Notes under the pieces: model-generated
The model's database searches: none
The model's input: only the letters and a program-made list of their open reading frames with translations
Told to the model about the DNA's origin: nothing
Assembly: GCA_038918115.1 (NCBI GenBank)
Contig: JBCLAL010000008.1
Location: 73,072 to 137,071, forward strand
Length of the DNA stretch: 64,000 bases
DNA from: Pedobacter sp.
GTDB taxonomy: Bacteria; Bacteroidota; Bacteroidia; Sphingobacteriales; Sphingobacteriaceae
Reading direction: 5' to 3'
Shown: piece after piece, positions 17,512-27,067 of the stretch
Layout of the letters: each line of letters starts with the position of its first letter
How positions within the stretch are numbered: position 1 is the first letter of the stretch
Program-made: the position numbers and the translations under genes

Positions 17512-18054
17512 ATGAGTGAAATCAATATCGTAAACGCCCCTCCGGGCATAGAAGGATCTGGCTTCTTTGCCACATCCTTTGATAAAGTCATTGGACTGGC
17601 TCGTTCGCACTCGTTATGGCCACTACCATTTGCGACCTCATGCTGTGGTATTGAGTTTATGGCAACCATGGGATCGCATTATGATTTCGGCAGATTTGGG
17701 TCCGAGCGATTAAGCTTTTCTCCGCGTCAGGCAGACCTGTTAATGGTAATGGGAACGATCGCAAAGAAAATGGGTCCGGTCTTGAAACAGGTGTACCTGC
17801 AAATGGCCGAACCACGTTGGGTGATGGCTGTTGGAGCCTGTGCTTCGAGCGGGGGAATCTTTGATACTTACTCGGTGCTACAAGGCATTGATGAGATCAT
17901 TCCAGTTGACGTGTATGTACCGGGATGTCCGCCACGTCCGGAAGCGATCCTGGATGGCTTCGGTAAGATTCAGGAGCTGGTACGGAATGAGTCAGGAAGA
18001 AGGCGCGATTCACCGGAGTACAAGCAATTATTAGCCTCATACGGAATTTTATAA
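17512..18054 (+). CDS. nuoB: NADH:quinone oxidoreductase subunit B
   Basis: FATSCCGIE, SPRQAD, GACASSGG, VPGCPPRPE. Confidence 0.98.
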   Translation: MSEINIVNAPPGIEGSGFFATSFDKVIGLARSHSLWPLPFATSCCGIEFMATMGSHYDFGRFGSERLSFSPRQADLLMVMGTIAKKMGPVLKQVYLQMAEPRWVMAVGACASSGGIFDTYSVLQGIDEIIPVDVYVPGCPPRPEAILDGFGKIQELVRNESGRRRDSPEYKQLLASYGIL

Positions 18055-18557
18055 TGACAGAAGAGACCAATCATACCCTAATACAACTATTAAGCGCTGA
18101 ATTTGGAGATCGGGTAACAAGCGTCGACGAGCCTTACGGTTTGTTGAGCATTGAGACGACCCGGGAAGATATTATCAAGTTGTTAAACTTCCTTAAGCAA
18201 GATCCACGAACGAATTTCCACTTCCTAACAGATATTACTGCTGTACACTATCCGGAGCGTGCACTTGGGTTGGCAGTAGTTTATCACCTGCACAATATGG
18301 TTTCTAAGGTGCGAATTAGGATAAAGGTATTTTTAAACACCCAGAGTCCGAACATTCCAACCGCCACCAACCTATGGAATGGCGCTAACTGGATGGAACG
18401 TGAAACCTATGACCTGTTCGGCGTTCAGTTTGATGGTCACCCGGACCTGCGCCGCATCTTGAATATGGATGAGCTTGGCGTACATCCGATGTTAAAACAA
18501 TACCCACTTGAAGATCCAAACCGGATGGACAAGAAGGATGAATATTTTGGTAGATAA
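18054..18557 (+). CDS. nuoC: NADH:quinone oxidoreductase subunit C
   Basis: WMERETYDLFG..F.GHPDLRRIL. Confidence 0.97.
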   Translation: MTEETNHTLIQLLSAEFGDRVTSVDEPYGLLSIETTREDIIKLLNFLKQDPRTNFHFLTDITAVHYPERALGLAVVYHLHNMVSKVRIRIKVFLNTQSPNIPTATNLWNGANWMERETYDLFGVQFDGHPDLRRILNMDELGVHPMLKQYPLEDPNRMDKKDEYFGR

Positions 18558-18559
18558 TT

Positions 18560-19774
18560 ATGGTACATAACAGACCTGTATTAACAGATAATGATCCACA
18601 AAGTGAGTTGGTGACCCTGAATTTGGGACCAACGCACCCAGCTACCCACGGTGTGTTTCAGAACGTGCTGCAACTTGATGGCGAAAGGATCGTGAGTGGC
18701 ATTTCAACCATCGGCTATATACACCGGGCATTTGAGAAAATTGCTGAACACCGTCCATTTTATCAGATTACCCCGCTAACAGACCGCTTGAACTACTGTT
18801 CTTCGCCGATTAATAATATGGGCTGGCACATGACCGTTGAGAAGTTGCTAAACATAACGATGCCTAAACGTGTGGACTACCTGCGAGTAATTGTGATGGA
18901 ACTTGCACGTATTTCAGACCACATAATCTGCAACACCATCATTGCCCAGGATACCGGCGCCACCACAACCTTCCTGTATTTATTTCAGTTCAGAGAACAC
19001 ATCTACGAGATATACGAAGAAATCTGCGGTGCAAGGCTAACTACCAATATCGGACGAATTGGCGGATTCGAACGGGATTTCAATGAGATTGCCTTCGCGA
19101 AGATCAATAAGTTCTTAAAAGACTTTCCTGCAGCTTTAAAAGAGTTTGAAAACTTGCTTACCCGTAACCGGATTTTCATAGACCGGACCGCCGGTGTAGC
19201 AGCTGTTACGCCTGAACAAGCCTTAGACTACAGCTGGACAGGTCCCTTGCTGCGTGCTACCGGCGTAGACTATGATGTGCGCGTCAGCGAACCTTATTCC
19301 TCTTACCAGGACTTCGATTTTGAAATCCCTGTGGGCACAAACGGTGATATCTATGATCGTTACCTTGTTCGTAATGAGGAAATGTGGCAGAGTGTAAGGC
19401 TCATTGAGCAGGCTTTGGAGAAGTTGAGAAATGAACCTTTAGGCATTTTCCATGCTGATGTGCCTGACTTCTATCTGCCGCCGAAAGAGGAAGTTTATAA
19501 CAACATGGAGGCATTGATCTACCACTTCAAAATTGTGATGGGTGAAATAGATGCTCCAAAAGCAGAAGTTTACCATGCTGTTGAAGGTGGAAACGGTGAA
19601 CTTGGATTTTATCTGATTAATGACGGGGGTAGAACGCCATATCGTTTGCACTTCAGAAGACCAAGTTTTATAAATTATCAAATGTATGCGCCCATGAGTA
19701 AAGGTATGCTATTGTCGGATGCCATTATCAACATGAGTAGTATGAATATTATTGCTGGAGAATTAGATGCTTAG
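18560..19774 (+). CDS. nuoD: NADH:quinone oxidoreductase subunit D
   Basis: NLGPTHPATHGV, GYIHRAFEK, DRLNY, GELGFY. Confidence 0.98.
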   Translation: MVHNRPVLTDNDPQSELVTLNLGPTHPATHGVFQNVLQLDGERIVSGISTIGYIHRAFEKIAEHRPFYQITPLTDRLNYCSSPINNMGWHMTVEKLLNITMPKRVDYLRVIVMELARISDHIICNTIIAQDTGATTTFLYLFQFREHIYEIYEEICGARLTTNIGRIGGFERDFNEIAFAKINKFLKDFPAALKEFENLLTRNRIFIDRTAGVAAVTPEQALDYSWTGPLLRATGVDYDVRVSEPYSSYQDFDFEIPVGTNGDIYDRYLVRNEEMWQSVRLIEQALEKLRNEPLGIFHADVPDFYLPPKEEVYNNMEALIYHFKIVMGEIDAPKAEVYHAVEGGNGELGFYLINDGGRTPYRLHFRRPSFINYQMYAPMSKGMLLSDAIINMSSMNIIAGELDA

Positions 19775-20279
19775 AGTAGAAGAACAACAACCTGTCGTGT
19801 TTCCAGAGACTTTGATAGCAAAGTTTAATGAAATTGTAAGCAGATATCCTGAAGGCAAGCAGAAATCTGCCTTACTACCGATTTTACATGAAGTGCAGGC
19901 GGTGTTTGGATGGCTTAGCGTTCCTTCTATGGACAATATTGCGGCTTACCTGGATATTAAGCCTATAGAAGTTTATGAAGTAGCATCATTTTACACGATG
20001 TATTTCCTTAAGCCGCAAGGCAAATATATGCTGGAGGTCTGTAGGACCGGGCCATGTTGTCTGGTAGGCGCAGAAAAGGTGATGGAACACCTTGAGCAAC
20101 GCCTAGGGGTTAAAGAGAATGAAGTGACGCCTGACGGTCTTTTTAGCTGGCGTGGTGTAGAATGCCTTGCCGCATGCGGATTTGGACCGGTATTACAGAT
20201 CGGACCGGAATATACCTTTTACGAAAACCTGAATGCAGAAAAGGTTGATCAATTGATTGAAGACTTACGAAAGAAATAA
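19767..20279 (+). CDS. nuoE: NADH:quinone oxidoreductase subunit E
   Basis: EVASFYTMY, VCRTGPC, VECLAAC 2Fe-2S ligands. Confidence 0.97.
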   Translation: MLRVEEQQPVVFPETLIAKFNEIVSRYPEGKQKSALLPILHEVQAVFGWLSVPSMDNIAAYLDIKPIEVYEVASFYTMYFLKPQGKYMLEVCRTGPCCLVGAEKVMEHLEQRLGVKENEVTPDGLFSWRGVECLAACGFGPVLQIGPEYTFYENLNAEKVDQLIEDLRKK

Positions 20280-21637
20280 TGGGGCGTAAACTATTATTAG
20301 AACATATAAACGTGCCGGGCATCAATACTTATGATGTTTATCGCCAAAATGGTGGCTACCGTGCAGCAGAGAAAGCCCTAAAAATGACTCCTGATGAAGT
20401 TGTGGAAGAGGTTAAAAAATCTGGGCTGCGCGGCAGAGGAGGTGCGGGTTTCCCAACCGGTATGAAGTGGAGCTTTCTGGCCAAACCAGAGGGAGTACCA
20501 CGTTACCTGGTTTGCAATGCAGATGAGTCTGAGCCAGGAACCTTCAAAGATCGTTTCTTGATGACGCATATCCCGCATGCACTAATCGAGGGCATGATCG
20601 TTTCCAGTTTCGCGCTTGGTGCAAAGACATCATACATTTATGTTCGTGGCGAGATGATGCCACAGATAAGAATCCTGGAACGTGCCATTGCTGAGGCGAG
20701 GAACGCGGGTTACCTTGGTAAAAACATTCTCGGCAGCGGATACGACCTGGAACTTTATGTACAACCAGGCGGTGGTGCATATATCTGTGGTGAAGAAACG
20801 GCTTTGCTGGAATCACTTGAGGGTAAGCGTGGAAATCCAAGGATTAAACCGCCGTTTCCAGCTATTGCGGGTTTATATGGCTGTCCGACCGTAGTGAATA
20901 ATGTAGAATCTATCGCAGCGACGGTGCCTATCATCAACGATGGTGGTGAAGAGTATGCCAAAATTGGCGTTGGAAGAAGCACAGGAACTAAATTGATCTC
21001 GGCTTCGGGTAATCTGGTCCGTCCTGGCGTATACGAAATCGAACTCGGCCTTCCCGTGGAAGAGTTTATCTATTCAGACGAATACTGTGGAGGTATAGCA
21101 AACGGTAAAAGGCTCAAAGCCACAGTTGCAGGCGGTTCTTCTGTGCCGGTATTGCCTGCAAATCTGACGCTTAAACAGGCGAATGGTGAACCAAGAGTAA
21201 TGAGCTATGAAGGCTTGTCTGAAGGTGGTTTTGCAACCGGTACGATGATGGGCTCTGGTGGTTTCATTGCGTTTGATGAAGATCAGTGTATGGTACGAAA
21301 CACCTGGAACTTCGCCCGCTTTTACTCGCATGAAAGCTGTGGACAATGCTCACCCTGCCGTGAGGGAACCGGATGGATGGAAAAGATCCTCCGCAAAATC
21401 GAACATGGCCAAGGAAAAATGAGCGATATAGACCTGTTGGTCGATGTAGCTAAAAAGATTGAAGGAAATACCATTTGTCCGCTGGGCGATGCAGCCGCAT
21501 GGCCGGTAGCCAGTGCGATCAGGCACTTTCGAGATGAATTTGAGTGGCATGTAAAGGAACCTCAACGATGCCTCGAGACCAACTATGGTCTGGCAAACTA
21601 TGCGGTCCCTATTGCAAAAACAGAAGTTACTACATAA
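20279..21637 (+). CDS. nuoF: NADH:quinone oxidoreductase subunit F
   Basis: GLRGRGGAGFPTG.KW, NADESEPGTFKDR, GAYICGEETAL, ESCGQCSPCREG. Confidence 0.98.
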   Translation: MGRKLLLEHINVPGINTYDVYRQNGGYRAAEKALKMTPDEVVEEVKKSGLRGRGGAGFPTGMKWSFLAKPEGVPRYLVCNADESEPGTFKDRFLMTHIPHALIEGMIVSSFALGAKTSYIYVRGEMMPQIRILERAIAEARNAGYLGKNILGSGYDLELYVQPGGGAYICGEETALLESLEGKRGNPRIKPPFPAIAGLYGCPTVVNNVESIAATVPIINDGGEEYAKIGVGRSTGTKLISASGNLVRPGVYEIELGLPVEEFIYSDEYCGGIANGKRLKATVAGGSSVPVLPANLTLKQANGEPRVMSYEGLSEGGFATGTMMGSGGFIAFDEDQCMVRNTWNFARFYSHESCGQCSPCREGTGWMEKILRKIEHGQGKMSDIDLLVDVAKKIEGNTICPLGDAAAWPVASAIRHFRDEFEWHVKEPQRCLETNYGLANYAVPIAKTEVTT

Positions 21638-21662
21638 TTTAACCAAATACATATCATCTGTT

Positions 21663-22667
21663 ATGAGTGATAAAGTGAAGGTGACAATAGACGGGATCAC
21701 GGTAGAAGTGGAACCCGGAACAACAATATTAAATGCCGCAAGGCAGATTGGAGGCGACATTGTGCCGCCGGCAATGTGCTATTACTCTAAACTTGAGGGT
21801 AGTGGTGGTAAATGCCGTACCTGCATTGTGAAGGTGAGTAAAGGCTCTGAAAAGGATCCACGCCCAATGCCAAAGCTTGTTGCATCATGCCGCACTACCG
21901 TAATGGATGGTATGGAAGTGCTGAACATTACTTCTCCAGAGGTTTTGGAAGCCCGTAGCGGTGTTGTTGAGATCCTTTTAATCAATCACCCGCTTGATTG
22001 CCCGATTTGCGACCAGGCTGGTGAATGTGATTTGCAGAACCTGACGTATGAGCACGGCTTGCAAAAAACACGATATGAATTTGAAAGAAGAACCTTCGAT
22101 CGACTTGATATTGGCGACAAGATCCAGCTGCATATGAACAGATGTATCTTGTGTTACCGCTGTGTGTTCCTCGCAGACCAAATTACCCAACAACGCGTAC
22201 ACGGTGTACTAAATCGGGGTGACCACTCTGAAATTTCAACTTACATAGAAAAGGCTATAGAGAACGACTTCTCGGGAAACGTTATCGACGTATGTCCGGT
22301 GGGCGCATTAACCGACAAGACATTCCGCTTCCGGAACCGTGTTTGGTTTACCAAGCCAATTGATGCACACCGGGATTGTCCAACCTGCAGCGGAAAAGTA
22401 ACCTTGTGGTATAAAGGACCAGATGTGCTTCGTGTAACATCAAGAAAAGACGTGTATGGTGAAGTAGAAGAGTTTATCTGCAACACCTGCCGCTACGACA
22501 AAAAGCAAACTGCTGACTGGGTTCTTGAACATCCAACACATATCAGTGATGCCTCGGTAATCTCATCCAACCATTATGAGACCATGCAGCCTTTGCCTGT
22601 AATACAGGATAATCCGAAGTTGCGGGAAGCGAATAAAATTGAACTTGAAAAAACCAGTAAATTCTGA
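21663..22667 (+). CDS. nuoG: NADH:quinone oxidoreductase subunit G (short, 334 aa form)
   Basis: CYYSKL...GKCRTC...SC (N1b), NHPLDCPICDQAGEC (N5), RCILCYRC...CPVGAL (N4). Start at ATG 21663 (MSDKVKVTIDG). Confidence 0.95.
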   Translation: MSDKVKVTIDGITVEVEPGTTILNAARQIGGDIVPPAMCYYSKLEGSGGKCRTCIVKVSKGSEKDPRPMPKLVASCRTTVMDGMEVLNITSPEVLEARSGVVEILLINHPLDCPICDQAGECDLQNLTYEHGLQKTRYEFERRTFDRLDIGDKIQLHMNRCILCYRCVFLADQITQQRVHGVLNRGDHSEISTYIEKAIENDFSGNVIDVCPVGALTDKTFRFRNRVWFTKPIDAHRDCPTCSGKVTLWYKGPDVLRVTSRKDVYGEVEEFICNTCRYDKKQTADWVLEHPTHISDASVISSNHYETMQPLPVIQDNPKLREANKIELEKTSKF

Positions 22668-23704
22668 TGGAGATCGCATTTGTTATAGAAAAATTCATAC
22701 TCATTACAATAATCTTCGGGATAAGTCTGGTGATTGCAATGTATTCAACCTACGCCGAGCGTAAGGTTGCAGCATTTTTGCAGGACCGCCTTGGCCCTGA
22801 TCGTGCGGGTCCTTTTGGTATACTTCAGCCCTTGGCCGATGGCGTAAAGATGTTCATGAAAGAGGAAATCGTACCTGCAAATTCCAGTAAATGGTTGTTT
22901 ATGGTCGGTCCAGGGCTTGCCATGCTAACGGCATGTATCGGAACCGCTGTAATTCCCTGGGGTACCCCGATCCAGATTGGTGAACGCGTTATTCCACTAC
23001 AAGTCACTAACATTAACGTTGGTATTCTATATATCTTCGGAGTGGTTTCTCTTGGTGTTTACGGTGTAATGATCGGTGGCTGGGCTTCGAACAACAAATA
23101 TTCACTCTTAAGCGCTATTCGTGCCGCCTCACAGAACATCAGTTATGAGATCGCCATGGGATTGTCGATCATTGCGCTTCTGCTCGTTTCGGGCACCATG
23201 AGCCTTAAAGAGATTGTAGAGCAGCAGCATGGCTGGCATTGGAACGTTCTTTATCAGCCGGTAGGCTTTATCCTTTTCCTGGTTTGTGCCTTCGCAGAAA
23301 CCAATCGTGCGCCATTCGACTTACCGGAATGTGAAACGGAGTTGATCGGTGGATACCATACAGAATACTCTTCAATGAAGCTCGGCTTTTACCTTTTTGC
23401 GGAGTACATCAACATGTTTGTTTCCTCTGCGGTAATTGCTGCCCTTTATTTCGGTGGATATAATTATCCGGGTATGGACTGGGTAATGCAACATACCGGA
23501 ACAACCATAGGACCGCTTATCGGTACGGCCGTATTTTTCCTTAAAATATTTGCATTCATCTTCTTTTTCATGTGGGTACGCTGGACCATTCCACGTTTCC
23601 GCTATGATCAGCTAATGCATCTGGGCTGGAAGGTATTAATACCACTGGCAATTGCCAATGTGATCGTTACCGGAGTTGTGATCGCGATAATTGAAAAATT
23701 TTAA
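22667..23704 (+). CDS. nuoH: NADH:quinone oxidoreductase subunit H
   Basis: ERKV.A.LQDRLGP, QPLADG.K, AETNRAPFDLPE.E.EL. Confidence 0.98.
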   Translation: MEIAFVIEKFILITIIFGISLVIAMYSTYAERKVAAFLQDRLGPDRAGPFGILQPLADGVKMFMKEEIVPANSSKWLFMVGPGLAMLTACIGTAVIPWGTPIQIGERVIPLQVTNINVGILYIFGVVSLGVYGVMIGGWASNNKYSLLSAIRAASQNISYEIAMGLSIIALLLVSGTMSLKEIVEQQHGWHWNVLYQPVGFILFLVCAFAETNRAPFDLPECETELIGGYHTEYSSMKLGFYLFAEYINMFVSSAVIAALYFGGYNYPGMDWVMQHTGTTIGPLIGTAVFFLKIFAFIFFFMWVRWTIPRFRYDQLMHLGWKVLIPLAIANVIVTGVVIAIIEKF

Positions 23705-23736
23705 TTCTCCGCTCGCGGAGCTAAATAGGGGGTTTG

Positions 23737-24237
23737 ATGGAACCATTAACCAATAAAAAGAAAGTATTAGAACAAAAGCCTTTAACACTTGCAGAGCGTA
23801 TGTATTTGCCTGCAATTACCAAAGGCTTGTCTATAACCATAAGTCACTTTTTCAAAAAGGAAGCAACCATTCGCTATCCTGAAGTAGAACGTGAGTTCTC
23901 CACGAACTGGAGGGGTATGCATTCGCTGAAGCGCGACGAGGACGGTCGCGAACGCTGCACAGCATGTGGTTTATGTGCGCTATCCTGCCCTGCAGAGGCC
24001 ATTACGATGATCGCTGCTGAACGTAAACCAGAAGAAAAGCATCTGTATCGTGAGGAAAAATATGCGGCAGTTTATGAAATAAACATGCTACGCTGTATCT
24101 TCTGCGGACTTTGTGAAGAAGCATGTCCGAAGGAGGCTATCTATCTCGATGGACCTATTGTGCCATCAGACTACCTCAGAAAGGACTTCATTTATGGAAA
24201 AGATAAATTGGTAGAAGCGCCGCTGGACGTTAAATAG
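23737..24237 (+). CDS. nuoI: NADH:quinone oxidoreductase subunit I
   Basis: CTACGLCALSCP and CIFCGLCEEACP ferredoxin motifs. Confidence 0.98.
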   Translation: MEPLTNKKKVLEQKPLTLAERMYLPAITKGLSITISHFFKKEATIRYPEVEREFSTNWRGMHSLKRDEDGRERCTACGLCALSCPAEAITMIAAERKPEEKHLYREEKYAAVYEINMLRCIFCGLCEEACPKEAIYLDGPIVPSDYLRKDFIYGKDKLVEAPLDVK

Positions 24238-24304
24238 ATCCAGGGAATACAGATTCTATAACGAAATATAAACCAGGCCAGAGGCCATAAAATAATTGTA
24301 ATTA

Positions 24305-24802
24305 ATGGGTACATCCGTGTTCTATATTGTAGCAGCACTTAGCATTTTCTTCTCCTTAATGGTGATCTTTTCTAAGAATCCCGTGCACAGCGTACTTTAC
24401 CTCATTGTAACGTTCTTCACTTTCACCGTGCACTACGTATTGCTAAATGCACAGTTCCTTGCGGTTGTAAACTTTATCGTCTACATGGGTGCAATCATGG
24501 TTTTATTCCTGTTTGTGCTTATGCTTCTGAATTTGAACAATGATAATGAACCGCTAAAATCGCCGCTGGTGAAAGCGGTAGGGATCATAGCGGGATGTTG
24601 TCTTGTGGTTACCCTCATCGGATCTTTAAAGGCTACAGCGGTTTCAAACCCCTTATTGCTTAAGAATCCTAATCTCGGATTGATCCAGAACCTGGGCCGC
24701 GAACTTTTCGGGCCATTCATGTTGCCTTTTGAATTGTCATCTATACTATTGCTTACGGCGATGGTTGGAGCTGTATTGTTAACTAAAAAAGAAAAAGTAT
24801 AG
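24305..24802 (+). CDS. nuoJ: NADH:quinone oxidoreductase subunit J
   Basis: KNPVHSVL, IVYMGAIMVLFLFV.M; position in the operon. Confidence 0.95.
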   Translation: MGTSVFYIVAALSIFFSLMVIFSKNPVHSVLYLIVTFFTFTVHYVLLNAQFLAVVNFIVYMGAIMVLFLFVLMLLNLNNDNEPLKSPLVKAVGIIAGCCLVVTLIGSLKATAVSNPLLLKNPNLGLIQNLGRELFGPFMLPFELSSILLLTAMVGAVLLTKKEKV

Positions 24803-25131
24803 TGGGAGAAATTACGCAAACTTTGCAGGGTGTGCCACTTAACCATTACCTCTGGTTAAGCGCAATAATCTTTTCGATCGGTGTATTAGGGGTACTAACC
24901 CGCAGAAATGCAATCGTGATCTTCATGTCTGTAGAATTAATGCTGAATGCAGTAAACCTGTTGCTTACTGCTTTTTCGGTGCACAACAACGATGCATCCG
25001 GACAGGTATTCGTGTTCTTCATCATGGCGCTGGCCGCCGCAGAAGTTGCCATCGGCCTCAGCATTATAGTGATGGTTTACCGCAACACCTCTTCAACCGA
25101 TATTAATGTCCTGAATCGCCTTAAGTGGTAA
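24802..25131 (+). CDS. nuoK: NADH:quinone oxidoreductase subunit K
   Basis: RRNAI..FMSVELMLNA, AAAEVAIGL; GTG start. Confidence 0.96.
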   Translation: MGEITQTLQGVPLNHYLWLSAIIFSIGVLGVLTRRNAIVIFMSVELMLNAVNLLLTAFSVHNNDASGQVFVFFIMALAAAEVAIGLSIIVMVYRNTSSTDINVLNRLKW

Positions 25132-25148
25132 AATAGAATAGAATAAAG

Positions 25149-27047
25149 ATGATCATAAATTTAGTTTGGCTGGTTCCACTGATTCCTTTCCTTGGTTTCA
25201 TCATTAATGGCTTAGGCAGAAATGTACTTTCAAAAGGCATCATTGCTTTCATTGGCAGCACTGCCGTATTTGCATCCTTTTTACTTAGCGTAGGGATCTT
25301 CCTCGCATTAGGTGCAGACACGCAAAAATCGCATGAGATCTTTCTATTCGATTGGATCAGCGCAGGACAGCTAAATATTCCCCTTTCCTTCCTGGTAGAT
25401 CCATTAAGCAGCATCATGCTCCTGATCATCACGGGTGTGGGCTTCCTGATCCATGTTTATTCGGCCGGATACATGCATGATGACGAGGGTTTTGGAAAGT
25501 TTTTTAGTTACCTCAACCTGTTCATCTTTTTCATGTTGTTGCTTGTACTCGGCTCCAACTATATCGTAATGTTCATTGGCTGGGAGGGTGTAGGTTTATG
25601 TTCTTACCTGCTCATCGGCTTTTGGTTTAGCAACAGCAGCTATGCTTCAGCGGCAAAGAAAGCATTTGTTATGAACCGTATTGGTGATTTAGGCTTTCTG
25701 ATTGCTGTATTCCTGATTTTTAACACCTTCGGAAGCTTGTCTTTTGCCGAAGTCTTCCCTAAGGCTGCAGGCCTCGCTTCCGGCGATCATACCATCCTCT
25801 TAATTACTTTGTGTCTGTTTATCGGCGCATGCGGTAAGTCGGCTCAACTGCCATTATTTACTTGGTTGCCGGATGCAATGGCGGGTCCGACACCAGTCTC
25901 TGCCTTAATACACGCTGCAACCATGGTTACCGCTGGGGTTTACATGATTGCCCGTTCTAATGTTCTATTTGATCTGGCACCGGTAATTCAGCAGCTTATA
26001 GCCATCGTTGGCCTTGCCACAGCATTGTTGGGTGCATTAATTGCGCTTACTCAGACCGATATCAAGAAAGTGTTGGCATACTCAACTGTATCTCAACTTG
26101 GCTATATGTTCCTCGGCTTAGGCGTTGGCGCTTATGATGGTGCATTCTTCCACGTGATCACACATGCTTTCTTTAAGGCATTATTGTTCCTCGGAGCAGG
26201 CTCGGTAATCCACGCCATGCACCATGCTCAGGATATGCGTCTGATGGGCGGATTGCGCAGCAAACTTCCGGTAACCTTCATAACTATGCTGATCGGAACC
26301 TTTGCCATCGCAGGACTTCCACCATTTTCAGGATTCTTTTCGAAGGATGAAATTCTTGCTCATGTGTACGAACATAATAAGCTGATGTGGGCTATTGGTG
26401 TCCTTACGGCTCTCCTAACCGCTTTCTACATGTTCCGAATGTTGTTCCTTACATTCTATGGCAATTACAGAGGTGCAGCACATCAGCCTGAAGACCATAT
26501 ACATGAATCTCCGAAGTCGATGACCATTCCTCTAATCATCCTTGCGGTGTTATCAGGAATAGGTGGCTTCATTGGTATACCACACAGTCTGGGTGGTCAG
26601 CACCTGCTTTCAAAGTGGTTGTCGCCGGTAATACAGCACCATGCTGCAGCACCAGACCATGCCACAGAGTATATGTTAATGGGTATCACTGTTGTTGGCG
26701 TTTTAATATCCACCGCAATTGCTTACAGTAAATATATTAGTAAAAATCATGTTCCTGTTCCGGATGAGGCGGAGCGGAGTCCTCTGGCTAAATGGTCATA
26801 CAACAAGTTCTATATCGACGAGCTGTACGACCTGTTAATTAGAAGGCCTCTCGATGCGCTTTCAGGATTCTTTTACAACATCGTTGATTCAAAAGTTATC
26901 GACGGTATCGTGAACGGACTTGGCTGGACTACCAATGAAGCAAGTAAAGGTTTACGACTGATACAGACCGGAAACGTAGGTTTCTACATCCTCATGATGG
27001 TAGTCGGCATCATTTCCATGTTATTGTATACATATTTATCCATTTAA
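25149..27047 (+). CDS. nuoL: NADH:quinone oxidoreductase subunit L
   Basis: GWEGVGLCSYLLIGFW, GKSAQLPL.TWLPDAM.GPTPVSALIHAATMV. Confidence 0.98.
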   Translation: MIINLVWLVPLIPFLGFIINGLGRNVLSKGIIAFIGSTAVFASFLLSVGIFLALGADTQKSHEIFLFDWISAGQLNIPLSFLVDPLSSIMLLIITGVGFLIHVYSAGYMHDDEGFGKFFSYLNLFIFFMLLLVLGSNYIVMFIGWEGVGLCSYLLIGFWFSNSSYASAAKKAFVMNRIGDLGFLIAVFLIFNTFGSLSFAEVFPKAAGLASGDHTILLITLCLFIGACGKSAQLPLFTWLPDAMAGPTPVSALIHAATMVTAGVYMIARSNVLFDLAPVIQQLIAIVGLATALLGALIALTQTDIKKVLAYSTVSQLGYMFLGLGVGAYDGAFFHVITHAFFKALLFLGAGSVIHAMHHAQDMRLMGGLRSKLPVTFITMLIGTFAIAGLPPFSGFFSKDEILAHVYEHNKLMWAIGVLTALLTAFYMFRMLFLTFYGNYRGAAHQPEDHIHESPKSMTIPLIILAVLSGIGGFIGIPHSLGGQHLLSKWLSPVIQHHAAAPDHATEYMLMGITVVGVLISTAIAYSKYISKNHVPVPDEAERSPLAKWSYNKFYIDELYDLLIRRPLDALSGFFYNIVDSKVIDGIVNGLGWTTNEASKGLRLIQTGNVGFYILMMVVGIISMLLYTYLSI

Positions 27048-27067
27048 AAGATCGTTCAGAAAACATA

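Noticed and set aside
21585-21662. ORF-track N-terminal extension of nuoG
   Set aside because: Overlaps nuoF; homology begins at MSDKVKVTIDG (21663).
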